Below the pieces are notes generated by a model that was given only the letters and a program-made list of their open reading frames with translations, was not told the origin of the DNA and ran no database searches. A stretch of 64,000 nt of DNA from Felis catus (lineage: Eukaryota), in the NCBI RefSeq assembly GCF_018350175.1, contig NC_058368.1, positions 43,898,001 through 43,962,000 of the forward strand, read 5' to 3'. A program made the position numbers and the translations under genes. Shown here piece by piece: positions 22,715 to 37,442 of the stretch. Numbering within the stretch: position 1 is the first letter of the stretch; each line of letters opens with the position of its first letter.

Positions 22715-25710
22715 TTGAAGAACAGAAAAATAGAACACTGAATGAGAAGAGATTAGAAAACTGAGAAAAAATATCAGGTACATCAATATAAGAATAGCAG
22801 CATGCTCAGAATGCTGTAAATAAAATAGAAAATAGAGAAAATATAAAAGACAAGAAAAATAAAAATATTTGAATAAATAATGGCTAAATTCTTTTCAAAT
22901 TTGATGAAAAACATTAATTTACAGATCTAAGAAGCTTAAAAAATTTGAGTATAATAAATAGAAAGTAATTCACATCTAGATAGAGCATAGCAAAACTTGA
23001 AAACTGAAACCAAAAATAAATCTTTAGTAAGTCAAGAGAAATGATGTATCAATTACAGGGGCACAACACATGATTAATAGATTTTTTTCATTAAAAAAAT
23101 GAAGAGGCATAGCATGACATATTCAAACTGTGAATGGATTAAATACCCTACCCACAAGGGAGAGGGGGAATCATACTAAATAAAAACAAAAACAGAGGCA
23201 AGAGCCAGCCTTTTGAGGTCTACAAGAGACACAATATAGACTCAAAGACATGAACAGATTGAAAGTTTTAAAATGGAAAAAGGTACAGTATGCAACAAGC
23301 AGTAAGAGAGATGAAATGGCTATAGTATAAGACAAAATAGGTTTCAAGAAAAAAGCTATCAGAGATAAAGAATGACACTTTATAATAAAATGACAAATTC
23401 ATCGGAAAGTTATAGCAATTACAAACTCCTTCTCAACTAACAACAGAATTACACAATACATGAAACAAACCCTGGCAAAATTGAAGGGAGATATGGGCAC
23501 TCTAGCAGTAATAGTTGGACACTTCAATATTACATTCTCAATAATGGATGGAACAATTGGAAAATCAGCAATAGTATTGGAGTTTCCAACAGCACAATTA
23601 GCCAAATTGGTCTAACTGATATCAGAAGAACACTGCTACATCAGCAGCTGAGTGAAGATTTTTCTGAAGGACATAGGGAATATTCTCGATAAATCATAAT
23701 AAAAGGTCGTAAAACAAGTCTCAGTAAGTTTTAAAAAATTGAATTAACTCCATATGTTGTCTGATCTTTATGGCATTAGAAATCAATGACTGAAGGAAGG
23801 GCTATATTTGTAAGTGTATTTACAAATATTTGTAAATTAAAAGAAAATTAACCAAGGGACGCCTGGGTGGCTTACGTGGTTGGGTGACCAACTTGGGCTA
23901 AGGTCATGATCTCAAAGTTTGTGAGTTCCAGCCCCACGTCGGGCTCTGTGCTGACAGCTCAGAGCCTGGAGCCTGCTTCGGATTCTGTGTCTCCCTCTCT
24001 TTCTGCCCCTCCCCTGTTCATGCTCTGTCTCTGTCTGTCTCAAAAATAAATGAAACATTACAAAAATTGTTTTAAAGAAAATTAACCAAGAAGTCAAAAA
24101 TGAAATCACAAGGGGAATTAGAAAGTAGTTTGAGATGAACAAAATAGAAAGTATAACACATCGAAAATCATGAGATGTAGCTAAAGCAGTGTTTAGAGGG
24201 ACATTTATAACTGCAAAGGTCTATACTAGAAAACAAATAAGAACCACTAACTCAAGTATCTAATTTTAGGAACTACCAGAAAGAACAATCTAACCACAAA
24301 ATAAGCACAATCAAGAAAATAATAAAAATTTGAGCAGAAATCAATGAAACAGACAACAGAAAATAGAGAAAACACAAAATACAAATCTGATCATTGGAAA
24401 GACTTTTTAAAAAATACTAACAAATCAGCTAGACTGACTATGTAGAAAAAGAAAGAATATAGAAATGATCAAAATGAGGAATATAGGTGGAGATTTAACT
24501 AAATATCTTACAAAAAATAAAAAGAACTATAAAGGAACACTTTAATTTTTGTACAAAAATTATACAACTTGTATGAAATTTACAAATTCCTACAGGAGAA
24601 AAAAATACGAAAACTGGCAAAATATAGAAAATGCGAATAGACCTATGATAATAGTTTGCATTATTAATACAAAAAAACAAAAACTTGGTACAAAGAAGAA
24701 AGCAGTTTTCACCGGAGAATTCTATCAAACTTTTTTGTAAAAAAGGAAGAATACAAATCCTTCATATACTATTTCAATAAATAGAGGAGGAGAGAATGCA
24801 TTTCAACTTGTTCTACGAAGCCAATATTACCCTGATACCGGATAAAGAAATTTAGAAAATAAAGCCGAAGATCACTTTTCCTCATTAATATAGATGAAAA
24901 ATACAAGAAAATATTATCAAGCCTTATCTAGCAAAATATAAAAAAGCATTATACACATTTTTAATAGATGTGACCATGTGTATAAATGACCGAGTGATGT
25001 TATTCCAGGAATGAAGATACCTTTAATGTTCAAAGAAATCAATTGATGTAATATATTATATTTATAATACAAATGTCAAAAGGCATGATCATCTCAACAG
25101 GTGCACAAAAATCATTTTGCAAAATCCATTCATAATAAAAATTTGCAACAAACTAGTAATAGAAGGAAACTTTCTGTTCCTGATAAAAAGGAGTATTGAA
25201 AAACCTACAGTTATTATTACCATTGATGGTGAAAGAATGATTTTCTTCTCTGAAACTGGGAATGAGGCAGATTTGATTCCTGTCACTTCTGATCAACTGG
25301 GGCTCTACCCAGTGCAACAAGGCAAAAAGAAAAAAACAGTCAAGAAACAAATTAAAAATCATTCAGAAAGAAATAGAGTTGTTTTATTCACAAATAACAT
25401 GACCCTGAATATCTCAAATTGTAAAGTTGCCATAAAATACTACAAGAACTAACAAGTCCCTTGTTTCGGCAAGGTCTCAGCATACAAGATTGACATACAA
25501 AAATTAGGCATATTTTTATATACCAGTAACAATTAAATGAAAATTTCAAAAGTAAAGCCATTACGACAATATCAAATATAATAAAGTACTTAGCAATAAG
25601 TTTAATCAGAGAAGTGCAAGACCTGCACAATGAAAATTACAAAGATATTTGAAGAGATGTTAATAAATACAGAATGCTCCCTGTCAATGGTTTGCAAAAC
25701 CTGATGTTGC
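22715..25710 (+). mobile_element. Old degenerate L1M (ORF1 part, ORF2 endonuclease and RT, with internal deletions)
   Basis: agtaatagttggacacttcaata (VGDFN-like motif); ORF 25117 QNPFIIKICNKLVIEGNFLFLIK...KPTVIITIDGE resembles L1 RT. Confidence 0.9.
23857..24073 (+). mobile_element. CanSINE inside L1
   Basis: TSD aaagaaaattaaccaag at 23840-23856 and 24074-24090. Confidence 0.97.
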
Positions 25711-27415
25711 ACACACTTATACAACAATGAATTTGGTAAATGTTATCAATATGTATGTATAGTGTTCCAGAGCTTGATTTTTCTGTTAATTTGATGTAGT
25801 CATTTAAATGTTAAAAATTAAGATCCATGTAATACACATAAATAATGCATATATGAAAATATGTCATCTTTTTACTTGTTTATTGGGCTTTTGTATTTTT
25901 TATTAATTGTGTGCACTACTGGTTTTGTCTATTTTTTCTATGGGGCACATATATGTGGTGTATGTAGATACATATTTCTATTGAAGTATATTTATATATG
26001 AACAAATATATAAATGTTTTTCTGTGACTTAAATATATGTTAATGATGTAAACTCTTGTTGGTAATTCGTTGCAACATTTTCTCCCAGAATGATTATTGC
26101 CTTTTTAAATACATTTTTTTACCTGCATACATTTTCAGTGTTCATTTGCATTTCACTTTATCAGTGTTTGACTTTAAAAACTCTGTTTTGTATGTCAGGT
26201 ACTTCCCTTCCTAGCCCAAGATTGAAAGTGTATGCATCATACTTCTTCTCCTCTGGTATTAATATCCTTGTATTAATCACATTTAATATTTACTGTTTTT
26301 AGAATCTAAAGATATATTAAGATGTTCCAGATTTATTGCTTTGCTATTAGTTTTCTTGCCTTGTTTGTTTTTTTCCCATTTTTCATTTCTAGTGTAATTT
26401 ACTGATTGGCTTTTAGCCAATTCTCCTCTCTGTGTCTTCTAATAAGATAATTTAAAATAGTCAAATTATTACATTTATTCAGGTGGACAAATATAATACA
26501 TCTTATATTGTAGATTTATAATATTTAGACACTTGAATTCAAATATGTAAACTTATGTTTCCTTAGATGCTTCTTTCATTTATTTCTTTTTCAAAATGAT
26601 GTTCTGCATGTAAAAGTTTACTTAATCTCCAAGGTTTTTATTAGAAAATTAACATGGATATGTAGATATTCAGTTTGATATATTTTCATATAACAAATCA
26701 TCTTCTTTATTTTTATCACCAACTCATACATAATTACAATCTACCATTGGAAAAATTATCATAAATTTACTAATCCAAACATAATTAAAGTCATTATGAA
26801 TGTTAGCAGTACCCTGTACATGTAATAAGGAACAATTCTGGTTTTCTTTTGGTGACTAATGCTAATAATTCATTTATTTTTAATTTGTACAGCATTTCCC
26901 ATTTGGCTTTGACATTTTTAGTTACTAATTAAGAATTAATGTAAGGTGTGTGGGGAATTAATAAGTGCTTTCATGATGCTGATGAATACATATTTGTGAG
27001 GGAATTAGTTAATATTATTCTAACCACAGCATGGATACATCCAACCTGCACAATCCACAATTGCCCTCATGTAGGCACAATTCTGGTATTTGTTTCCATT
27101 GTTTCTTTAAAACACAGTGAATTTTTTATCAAATTACGTTGGTTTCAAATTAAACACAATAGGTAGCATACTTTAGATATTGAATGAATACGTGATTGAC
27201 CATCAGAGTTCATGTATTTCTTCTGATGGCAATATTTTTATTATTTGATTCAAGATATATTAGACTCCAGTATATTTTTCAAAATTGCATTTTATGACTA
27301 ACATAGTAAGCACAAACATTAACCTACCATGTATTTAAATGTGTGGCTTAAATTAACTGTATTTCTTCAACATGAAGGTAATTTTCTTCTATTTTTTTTA
27401 TAAATTGGTTCTTCT

Positions 27416-27435
27416 TAAAAAGTTTGTTTATTTTT

Positions 27436-27469
<34 letters not shown>

Positions 27470-27617
27470 GCACGGGGTAGGGAAGGAGACAGAATCCCAA
27501 ACAGGTTCCACACTATCAAAATCCTTTGTGGGGTTTGAGCTCATGAACTGTGAGATCATGACCGACTCAAAATCAAGAGTTGGACTCCTTACCTACTGAG
27601 CCACCCAGGGGCCCCTT
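27416..27617 (-). mobile_element. CanSINE
   Basis: TSD aattggttcttct at 27403-27415 and 27618-27630. Confidence 0.94.
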
Positions 27618-28011
27618 AATTGGTTCTTCTCAAACAGAATATCATGCTACTTTGTTTTATAATTGAGATATAAAAAATGTTTATGTTTAATAAAATCTCT
27701 AAACACTTAGAAGTAGCTCTATTGATAAATATTAATCTAATAAAAATTTGGAAAAAAGTCAAATTTACTATTTGTACTATATATATTTATGAATTCTCAA
27801 TATTAAAATATAATATTGTTACATTAATCTTAAAAAGTTTTAAATCATGAAAGACCATCTATATGGATTTAAGGATAAATTTATTGCATTTTATTTCATT
27901 ACACTATTTCTTTTCCAGTTAAAAAATAAAGCACAAAAATAAAATCTGTGTATAAGATTTGAACTTGTCATGAAAGTGATTAGTATGTTTGACAAACAGA
28001 AACTAATGCCT

Positions 28012-28138
28012 AGGGTCACCTGAGTGACTCAGATGGTCAAGCATCCATCTCTTTGATTTCAGTTCAGGTCACAATCTAATGGTTTGTGAGATCAAGTCTC
28101 TTGGGCTCCAAACTGACTTCAGAGAGTCTGCTTGGGAT

Positions 28139-28221
<83 letters not shown>

Positions 28222-28335
28222 GTACCTTCCCCTCCCCTCGCACACACACAAAAGTGCGTGCGCTCTCTCTCTCTCTCTCTTTCTCTCTCCCTCTGTCTCT
28301 CAAAATAAATAAATAAACTTAAAAAAAAAGAAAAG
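28012..28335 (+). mobile_element. CanSINE with long (CT)n
   Basis: Head gggtcacctgagtgactcag, expanded CT tract, AATAAA tail. Confidence 0.92.
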
Positions 28336-28517
28336 AAAACTAACTAGCCCCTAATTGTTAGGTAACAGGGCAAGCATACTTAATTTAATTATTTTTTGTA
28401 AAATTATTTTAGCAAAATCTGTACAAATAAAAATTGAATCATGCCATGTAAATTCAGAGATGTAAATACACCAATCTGTTTTATATAAGTTTACACTTAC
28501 ATAAATAGATATATAAG

Positions 28518-28640
28518 GGGTAACTGGGTGGCTCAGTCAGTTAAACCTCAAACTCGGTTTTGGCTCAGGTCATGATCTCATGGTTCGTGAGTTGGAGCCC
28601 CATGTCAGGCTTTGCGCCGATGGTGCGGAGTCTGCTTGGG

Positions 28641-28700
<60 letters not shown>

Positions 28701-28828
28701 TTCTCTCTCTCTCTTTCTCTCTTTCTCTTTCCCTCTCTCTCTCTGACCCTCCTGCATCCTCTCTCCTTCTCTCTCTCTCAAAATAAATAAATAAAAACTT
28801 TAAAAAATAATATTTAAATAGACAAATG
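28518..28828 (+). mobile_element. CanSINE with long (CT)n
   Basis: TSD aatagatatataag at 28504-28517 and 28829-28842. Confidence 0.95.
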
Positions 28829-29164
28829 AATAGATATATAAGAAAATCTCTCCTTATATGCTTATATTTGTGTGTGTGTGTGTTGCTTGCAAATGTGTAG
28901 CTAGCTATAACTGTATCTCTGAAAATAATCAGAATACTTATGAAAATAATACATAAATATTGAAAACCTTTTTTTTTTCTGATCTGAAACCTTGAAAACA
29001 CTTGAAGAAAGAAAAAGTTCATTGGCAAGCACACCCAAAATATAATAATAATTAAAACAAAATCATTGGAATGGTACTCTTTTCTCACTTCCATTTAGAG
29101 TATTGCAGACTTTTATACGTAGCCATCACATGCCATCTTATATTATCTCATCTATGAGGTATGT

Positions 29165-29500
29165 TGTATTAACAGAGGCACATTGAAATTCTCAAGAGTT
29201 CCTTTGAGCAAACATAGATTTCAAATGAGGTGGCACCAAACCACAATTGGTTAGGACCACTCCAGTGCCAGGAGCAGAAGCAAAGCAAGGCAATCATCTG
29301 ATTGACTATAGTTTAAGATACAGCCCTATTTGCGAAAGCTGAATTGGCTGTTTGTGACTGGTTATTCTTAGGGTGAGGTTTCATAATTTTAAGGTATTTT
29401 GTGGCATTTATTCTGGTTAAGGTTTCACTTTCCTTTCTTAGGCTTTGAAGACATTAGAGACACTTCAGTCCAATGGTCTCCTCCTTTATTTATTTTAATA
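29165..29500 (-). mobile_element. ERV1-class solo LTR (carnivore type)
   Basis: gaggcacattgaaattctcaagagttcctttgagcaaac...caccaaaccacaattggttagg resembles carnivore ERV1 LTRs; family not determined. Confidence 0.55.
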
Positions 29501-29504
29501 ACTT

Positions 29505-30134
29505 TTATACACAGTGACTCCCATCTGCCTTTATGCACAGCAAAAGCTATCACTGAGACATTAAGTATGCCTCTAGAAAAGGGTTTATTCGAGAGGCAGC
29601 CAAACCAGGAGGAGAGGAGAGAGCAAGCCTCAAATCCACCTCCCCAAAGGGGGAGAGAACAAGTTTATAATCATCAGGATGGAGATTATATACATATTGA
29701 TGAAAAGGGTGGGGAAATATAACTATTCATAAGGAAAAATGTAGCAAGCACATTGAGCAAATATATACCTAATGTATCCCATGCTCACTTTGGAGTAGAG
29801 ACTTAGCATCAGAATAAGGCAAAATTCAGCCCCTGAGGTGAGGAAGTTCTCTTAGGACAAGGTGAAGGGGCTGGCAGCATGCCTCCAGAGCTGGTATAAA
29901 CTAGATGGGTTCTTGGGCCCCTTCTCTTGGGTAAGGAATGAAGGGCCTTACTTGTTCACAAGCTGGAACTGTATCAGTTGACCTTGTGTCCAGGCTTCTG
30001 CAGAGACAGCTAATGGATTTGTTAGTGGGGTCTGAAAAGACACAATAGCTGATTAGGAAGAAGTAGTTCCCTGAAAAACAAGCTCTAAAGTTTCTATTAG
30101 TCTCAACCTCATTAACCCTGTGGGGCACAGTTTC
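29505..30134 (-). mobile_element. ERV1-class LTR (LTR8/MER4-group-like)
   Basis: gcacagcaaaagctatcactgagac...gggtttattcg...caagcctcaaatccacctcccc...ggcacagtttc. Confidence 0.6.
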
Positions 30135-30619
30135 TCCATGATATACTCCAAACAAGATTGTTGAAGTTGTATAGTAAACACCATGATATATATGCCTTTG
30201 TTTTTTTTTTTTTGAATTTGTTTTTACATATGGATGCAAAATATTTTAGAAGCTAAATTTTAAAAAGAATGTAAGAAAAAACAATTGTTATAAGTACAGT
30301 GAGTTCACACTGGGAATCCCAATACAAATCTCAGTGACCAAGAAAAATGTATGAGAGAACATCTAGGCCTAGAGAGAAATTAATATAATGCCCAGAATTA
30401 TAGGAAAACCCTACTTGCTGATGTTAATTTGTTGCTTTGATATTATTATTAAAAGAGTATTTGTCACTCTCAAAAGTGTGCTGTTTTGAAAGATAAGTTC
30501 AAATTGTTATCATCAGTTTCTTAATAAGAAAAAAAATAGAAATTAGCCTCGGAAACTATGCTATATACTATTGTAGTTGCTTTCAGAGATCGGATTCCAT
30601 CTTGTATTAATGTATTGAT

Positions 30620-31480
30620 ATTGATCTTTGTCAATATAAGATTATAAAAACTTTATCCTTACTTGAGGGGTTTATACTGAAGGAGGATACAAAAGCGAAT
30701 ATGAAGGAAAGTCAAGAGTTAAATAAAAATAATCAATATAAATCACCTCTAGTTAAGGATGAATTCAGGAGAAAAAAAAGTATTTATTTTATGTAAGCTT
30801 TAAACTAACCTGGATAACTAGCCAGACTGAGGAGCGGTACATAAATGGTTGCAGAGATTTTCCAATAATGCTTCAGGCATGACCAGAAATTAGTCTCTAT
30901 TAACAAGGAGTATATTTAATATTGCTAGGGAAAACACAAAAATCTGGGGCATGCACTTTTCTTCAGGGACTTAGAAGCAAACACTATGAGAAATATGCTT
31001 GATAAAGCAAAGGATATAGGTTGCTACTGACACGGGATTAAAATTGAGAATGGGTAATAGAAGAGATTTGCACTGATCTATGACCTCTGGTCGGGGAGGG
31101 GTTGCGGGGCGAGTTGAGAATATAGGTGCAAAGATTGCCTTGAAGCAGAAGAAGGAATTTCCAGTGTCATGGAGAAAAGGAGACATAAAATGAGCATGGA
31201 TATATAAATTGTATAATTGCAATATAGAAAACATTAGGAAACGACATAAGTAATATTCTCCATTTTGTTTAGAAAGTGAGAAACTAGGTCATTTTATGAA
31301 AGGGATATACATTTAACAGGATAGTGGCAAAAACAAGGAATAACTATTCAAGGGTATAAAAGAAAATTGGCAGTTAAGAATGAGTAAAACACTTAACAGA
31401 AGGATTGAAAGAACATCTTATGTTGGTTTTAGGTAATCACAGTAAATGTTGACATGCATTGGGACTGCCTACAGAAAGTT
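30620..31480 (-). mobile_element. Probable L2 remnant
   Basis: Purine-rich degenerate L2-like sequence; weak match. Confidence 0.35.
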
Positions 31481-32014
31481 GATTATTTTCTTAAAGACAG
31501 ACTTTTTTCTTTGATTAATCAATAGAAACTTATGTCTGTGATGTGACATGTGAAAATTTTCATCTCCGTGTTAAACTGACAACAGCAATAAAGTCATAAG
31601 AACATAAGTAATACATTTTAAGTTTTTTTCTTTTTTGCTGTTCTGGAATAGTCCTATATAGTACTTTATAGATCATTAATATATGTATTAAATATTACAT
31701 AAAAATCTGAGGAAAAAATTTAAAACAGTTTTAATAATTATTTGCTTTTAGAATTTAATATATCAGGCCCACCTTAAACTATATCTTCCTTTTTGATATG
31801 AGAAGAATTTTCCTTTCCTGCTGTAATTTTGTATCAGGAGGGAAATTGTATTAATTTAAGAGCAAACCCTTTTTGTTCTGTCCATTTCAAGCTTCACATC
31901 CAAAATCTCAACCTCTGCATTACAACAACTTTTCCCTCCCTGAGAATGTGTTTTCTTATAATACAGAAAATGAAATGAAAAAGAAAATTCAAAGTCTCCA
32001 TCCTTTTAAAACTG

Positions 32015-32018
<4 letters not shown>

Positions 32019-32061
<43 letters not shown>
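32019..32061. repeat. (CA)n microsatellite
   Basis: Directly visible. Confidence 0.97.
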
Positions 32062-32063
<2 letters not shown>

Positions 32064-32911
32064 CTACAATTTGTTTCAGCTCAAAATGTCTGTGTTGCCC
32101 TTGAGTGAAGATTAGGGCAATTAATTTTGGTTGTTTCCTTTACCTGAAAATCAATCAGGCAGTGATGATATCATCAGGTACATCAAAGGTTTTAGAGAAA
32201 ACAGTAAACAAGATTTAATTATTGCACTCACCACATAGTGGGTGCACTCTAGGAACCTAAACTGTAAGGCAGATTAATTTTCTTTTATTTTTCTTTTCCT
32301 GTAGTGATTGCTATAGCAACAAAACTGAATTGCATGTGAGACCAACATCTACAAACTTTTAAGGCAAAGAGCTGCTACAGGGTACTCCCAGTCTTCAGCA
32401 TGAAAGAATATCCATCCAAACAAAGTGTTGAATGATTATTTGTACAAAAGGTCCCTCATTTAATGTGTATTGAACAGATCTCTCATTGTTTGGAGGGAAT
32501 CTTAGAAACATCATCTTTGTTTATAGGGATAATGCAAATCATTTCTAGGGATAGTCTTCTACATAAAAGAGTACAATAAAACCTTCTCTCAGAGTTAATT
32601 AGATTTAGAAGATAAGATTATTTGTGTAAGCAATGATCCTTTATAAAAAAGCTTACTCTAGCAAAATTAGAACAATTGAAATTACGCTTTTTATTAAATG
32701 GGTGTCTTTTGCTTTTTTCCATTTTCTGTGTATACATCGAGGCAAGAATGTCTGTAATACAATTCATTTTATGTGAAGTAGATTGGCACATAATAGGTCA
32801 TAATAATGATACAAGGGAAATATGTTTGTGGAGATGGAGAAATTAATATTATTGTCATTTTTACCTAATACAATATGTTTAATTTCAATTATGATTTTTG
32901 TATAGATACAA

Positions 32912-33124
32912 TTTTTTTTAAGTTTATTTATTTATTTGGAGAGAGAGAGCAAGAGCACCACCTGGGGAAGGGCAGAGAGAGGGGGGGAGAAAGAGAATAC
33001 CAAGCAGGCTACATGCTGTCAGCACAGAGCCTGAGGTGGGGCTTGAACCCACGAACCATAAGATAATGATCCAAGCTGAAACCAAGAGTCTGGCACTTAA
33101 CCGACTAAGCCACCTAGAAGCCCC
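32912..33124 (-). mobile_element. CanSINE
   Basis: Antisense tail ttttaagtttatttatt through head ctaagccacctagaagcccc. Confidence 0.93.
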
Positions 33125-33349
33125 TATAACTGCAACTTTTACAAGTAATAAACAATCATCTTGTGGGTCAAAACTCATGGACTTTTGAAATCAAATGCAT
33201 TTGAATAAATAGTTACTATCTAATGAAAACTCTATTAAAAAAATAGATGGCCTGCATCTTTATTAAATATAATTAAGGATCTTTCAGGTAGTATTTCATT
33301 AGCTAATTAATCAAATATTTAAATAATTGCCTGTGATTTGTTACAGGCA

Positions 33350-34031
33350 GCCTCATTTACCCAGACCGGCATTTTAACATTTATATATTTATTTCTTCCC
33401 TACTGCATCTCTCAGATTTTCTTTCTTTAAAGTAACACCCATTTTGTATCACAGTCATATAGTTTGAATGAAATTTTCCCAATGAAATTTTCAAAGTGAG
33501 GCCCCATTAGCCTATGGGTATTAAATATTAATCCATAACCCTTGTCACCCAGTCAGCCAAAGGTTCTTCTTTTAACATATGATTGGATTAGGTAAGGATG
33601 CCTGTCTTAATTTGGTCCCATCTCAGTGAATCACAGGTATAGCAGTAGCAGTAGTATATTGACTAGAGAGAATCATTTTCTCTCCCTGTACCTCTCTCTT
33701 CCTCCTTCCCTCCTCTCCTCTTTTCCTATCTTGCCCTCTCTCTTCTTGGGTGAGCAAAGAGGTAATACCACAGTATTGGTTAATACCTTGTGGAAAATAA
33801 GGGCCAGTTATTTGCTAAAGCTAAAATTGGCAAAGTGCAGAAAGAAACAGCTGGGAGGTGAAAGCATTGAACCATGCAGCACAATCCAGAAGCCTGGAAA
33901 GTTTTTAAGCTTTCCAGTTGAAACTCTTAATTCTCAATGTTTTAGAAACATGTGCATTAAATGCTCTACTTGTTTAATGTACTTTGAGTTAGGTTTTATG
34001 TTACTTAAAACATAAAATCCTCACTAATATA
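33350..34031 (+). mobile_element. Old MLT1 (J/K-like) MaLR LTR
   Basis: Ends tttgagttaggttttatgttacttaaaacataaaatcctcactaatata; internal gattggattagg...ggtcccatctcagtgaatc. Confidence 0.6.
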
Positions 34032-34539
34032 CTGCCCTTCTTGACTGAGGCATGATGAAGCTAATTCTCCAGTTGGAATTTTAAAAAATGTAGACCATTT
34101 TTATGCCATGTCATTATGACATGCTATATACGTAATAAAAAGAACATGGATATATAGAATTAAAGACAAGAGGTATCTATCCCTAAATTGCTCACTTTTA
34201 TGAGTATTTTTAAATCATAAAAAGTAGATTATTTTATTTAAAGAAAACTGTTAAGCACAGAAGCATTTACTCATTGAAAACTGGCATGGACACTCAGCAG
34301 TTCCACTACTGGCAAGGGCTTTAGCAGATTTCAACCTATGTATTAATTTATTTATACTATCAACTCATATGTAATAAAATTACATCAGATAAATGACAAA
34401 ATATACTACACTATTGTCTTTTCCAAAGAAACACAATAATTTGTAACAAAAGTAATCAAATGTTTAAAATCCATCTATTAATTAACTATAATATTAAAGA
34501 CCTACTAAAAGCAGATGATTTGGGACACTGTGGCTAGAG

Positions 34540-35620
34540 CTATGCTAAAACAGGACTTTGTGATTCTTGTCTTATTGGAAATTACTGGCAACTAATACTT
34601 CAGTTATTTTAAAAATCCACAACATTGTATATAACCATATAATGACGATGCTCTAAAGGAAGCAACTGGTAAGCATGAAAGAACATAATTAGTTGCTTCT
34701 CTAAAGGCAGGAGTCAAGGGTTTCCAGAAATACTATTTAGGCAGACATATTTGTGATGAATAACAGTTAGTTGAGGTGTAGAAGGTGATACATGTCCTGT
34801 AGGCAAAGTGACCGACATGATGAGGGCTTTGATATAAACACAGAGAGAGGGGGAATAAAAGAGAGAGAGCAAGAACTCCTTTCATAAGGAAAATGAAAAA
34901 AAAGGAAATTAGAGAGCCTAGTAAGTAGTAATCAAGAGAGTTGTACCAAAGGATACCTGAAAAACTGGCATGAGCCAGATCATATAAGAGCTCACAGATC
35001 CTTTTATTTGTGTGTGTGTATTTTATTATAAATCCAAGTACAAATTTATGGAAAGACTTTAAACTCTAGCATGCTAATGTCTGAGAAACTATCAATATAT
35101 TCCTTAGCCTGTTGTTTAAAAAATAGATTTAAAGAGAATGAGAGATGAAGCAAACAGATACAAAAGTCTCTTAGAAGGCTCTAGGCAAGAACTATAGGCC
35201 ATTAGGACTAAAATAAATATTAGTGATGGAAGATAATTAAGTGTTTGTGTGTGTGACTTTGTGTCTGTGTGTGCCTCTAATGAAGGTGACATCAGGGAGA
35301 TCTGATGTTTGATTCAGTGTGAGATGAGAGAGCTAGATGCCGAGATGAATTTACTATCTCTGTAATATAATTTGGGGTAGTGATATTGCTCTTTTCAGAA
35401 TTGCAGAAGAATGGAGAAAATTTATAAATGGGGAGTATAGTTTGTTAATTCAGAGTTTAAATGTTTTGTTTAAATAAATGTGGAATGCCTCAGTCCCATG
35501 ACCCCTAGAGATGTCAGACAGATAATTGGCTATTCAAGAGTGAAACTTAGAAGTGATCCTAGCTAAAATATTAATTGGAAATTGACAGTCTTTAGATTAC
35601 TCATATAATAAAATGATAAC
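34540..35620 (-). mobile_element. L2 remnant
   Basis: gagatgtcagacagataattggctattcaagagtgaaacttag is an antisense L2 motif. Confidence 0.6.
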
Positions 35621-36124
35621 ATCACTTCACATAGAATTAATATCACATTACTTTTTAAATTAACATGCAGCAAAATTGAGTTTATTATTGAGAAGAGTTT
35701 TATGAATTTTTGGACATGTGTGTATATTCACATAAACACCACCATAATCAAGATACAGAGCAGTCCCATCACCTCCAAAGGCTCCCTCTTGTTATCCCTC
35801 TGTAGTCAATCACTTGCCCCATTGTTAATCCTTGGCAGGCATTGATCTGTTATCTGTCATTAGGATTTCTCCCTTTGTGAGAAAGTCATGTAGCTAGAAT
35901 CACAAAGTAAGTGACTTTTCAGATGGCTTCTTTCAATTACTCTTTAAAATTCATACAAGTTGTGTGCATCAATAAAACCTTCTGTCAGGAGCCAAGTGAT
36001 TTGGTGTATCTAAATGTAAATATCCCCTTTGATTACCCAGTATTATTCCATTGCATGGAGGTACTGCATTTTGTTTATCCATTCCATTCATAATTTGAAG
36101 TACATTTAGGTCGTTTCCAGGTTT

Positions 36125-36349
36125 GTTTGTTTTTTTTAATTTTTTTTATGTTTATTCACTTTTGAAAGACAGAGAGAGACAGAGCACAAGCAGGGGTGGG
36201 GTGGAGAGAGAGGGAGACACAGAATCTGAAGCAGGCTCCAGGCCCTGAGCTGTCAGCACAGAGCCTGACGCGGGCTCGAACTCAGGAACTGTGAGATCAT
36301 GACCTGAGCCGAAGTTGGACACTCAACTGACTGAGCCACCCAGGCGCCC
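36125..36349 (-). mobile_element. CanSINE
   Basis: TSD tccaggttt at 36116-36124 and 36350-36358. Confidence 0.96.
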
Positions 36350-36654
36350 TCCAGGTTTTTATTTTGTAAATAGAATTTCTATCAACATTTGTGTTCTTGT
36401 TTTAGGCTAGTATAACTTTCACTACTCTAGTCTAAATTCTGATAAGTAGGATTGCTGAGTCATATGGTGTGTGTATGGGCAATTTTATTTAAAAAAAACA
36501 TTGCTAAACTGTTTCCAGATTGGCTGAATATTTTTTTTTGTTTCAGTGGATGATGTGTATGAGTTCTGTATGCTCTGCATCCCCCTAGGACTTGATATTG
36601 TCATAATTCTTATTTCTTAAGCCAGTCTAATAATTATGTACTAGAATCTAATAC

Positions 36655-36697
36655 TGAATGAATAAATGAATGAATGAATGAATGAATGAATGAATGA
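36655..36697. repeat. (GAAT)n microsatellite
   Basis: Directly visible. Confidence 0.95.
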
Positions 36698-37442
36698 AAT
36701 TTGTTTACTTCTCTATTTAGAAAATACACTTACTTGCCCTCTATATATTCGCACACTCTCTTTGTGTTTATTTGTCTTCCACATATATACATGTCTTATT
36801 TGCTTAAGAGTCTAAGTCATTTTTGTCTACTCTCCCCTTTTCCCATTGGATTGCTTATTTTTCACTATTGATTTTGAGTGTTCTTTATTAAGTCTGGATG
36901 CAAATAATTTCTCCCAGTCTATATTTAGCTTGTCTTTTCATTTTCTGGATGAGTCTTTCAGAAGAAAAAACAGATTTTAATATTTGATGAACTTCCATTT
37001 GTAATTTTTTAATGGTTTGTACCCTCAGTATGAGGTTTATAAACTCTTTGCCTAACTCTAGATCATGAAAATTTCTTTTGATTTCTTTTAAAATTTTTAT
37101 AATTTGAAGTCTACATTCACATCTATTATTGGTTGATTTTTGTAAAAATACAAGAATTTTGTTAAGATTCATATTTATATGTACTGATGTCCACTTGTTC
37201 CAATATCAATAGTTTTTTGCCTTTACACCTTGGTCAAAAATCAACTGATCATTTTCATGTGGAAAAATTTCAGGAATGTCTGTTATTCTGTTGTATTGAT
37301 CTATGTGTCTCTCACTTCACTAATACTACACTGTCTTTTTTATTGTAAGTTTATATTGTTATCAATTCAAGCAGTGTGGGACTTCCAACTCTATTCTTTT
37401 TTAAAACTGTTTTAATATTCTGTATTCTGCTTTTCATTTACG

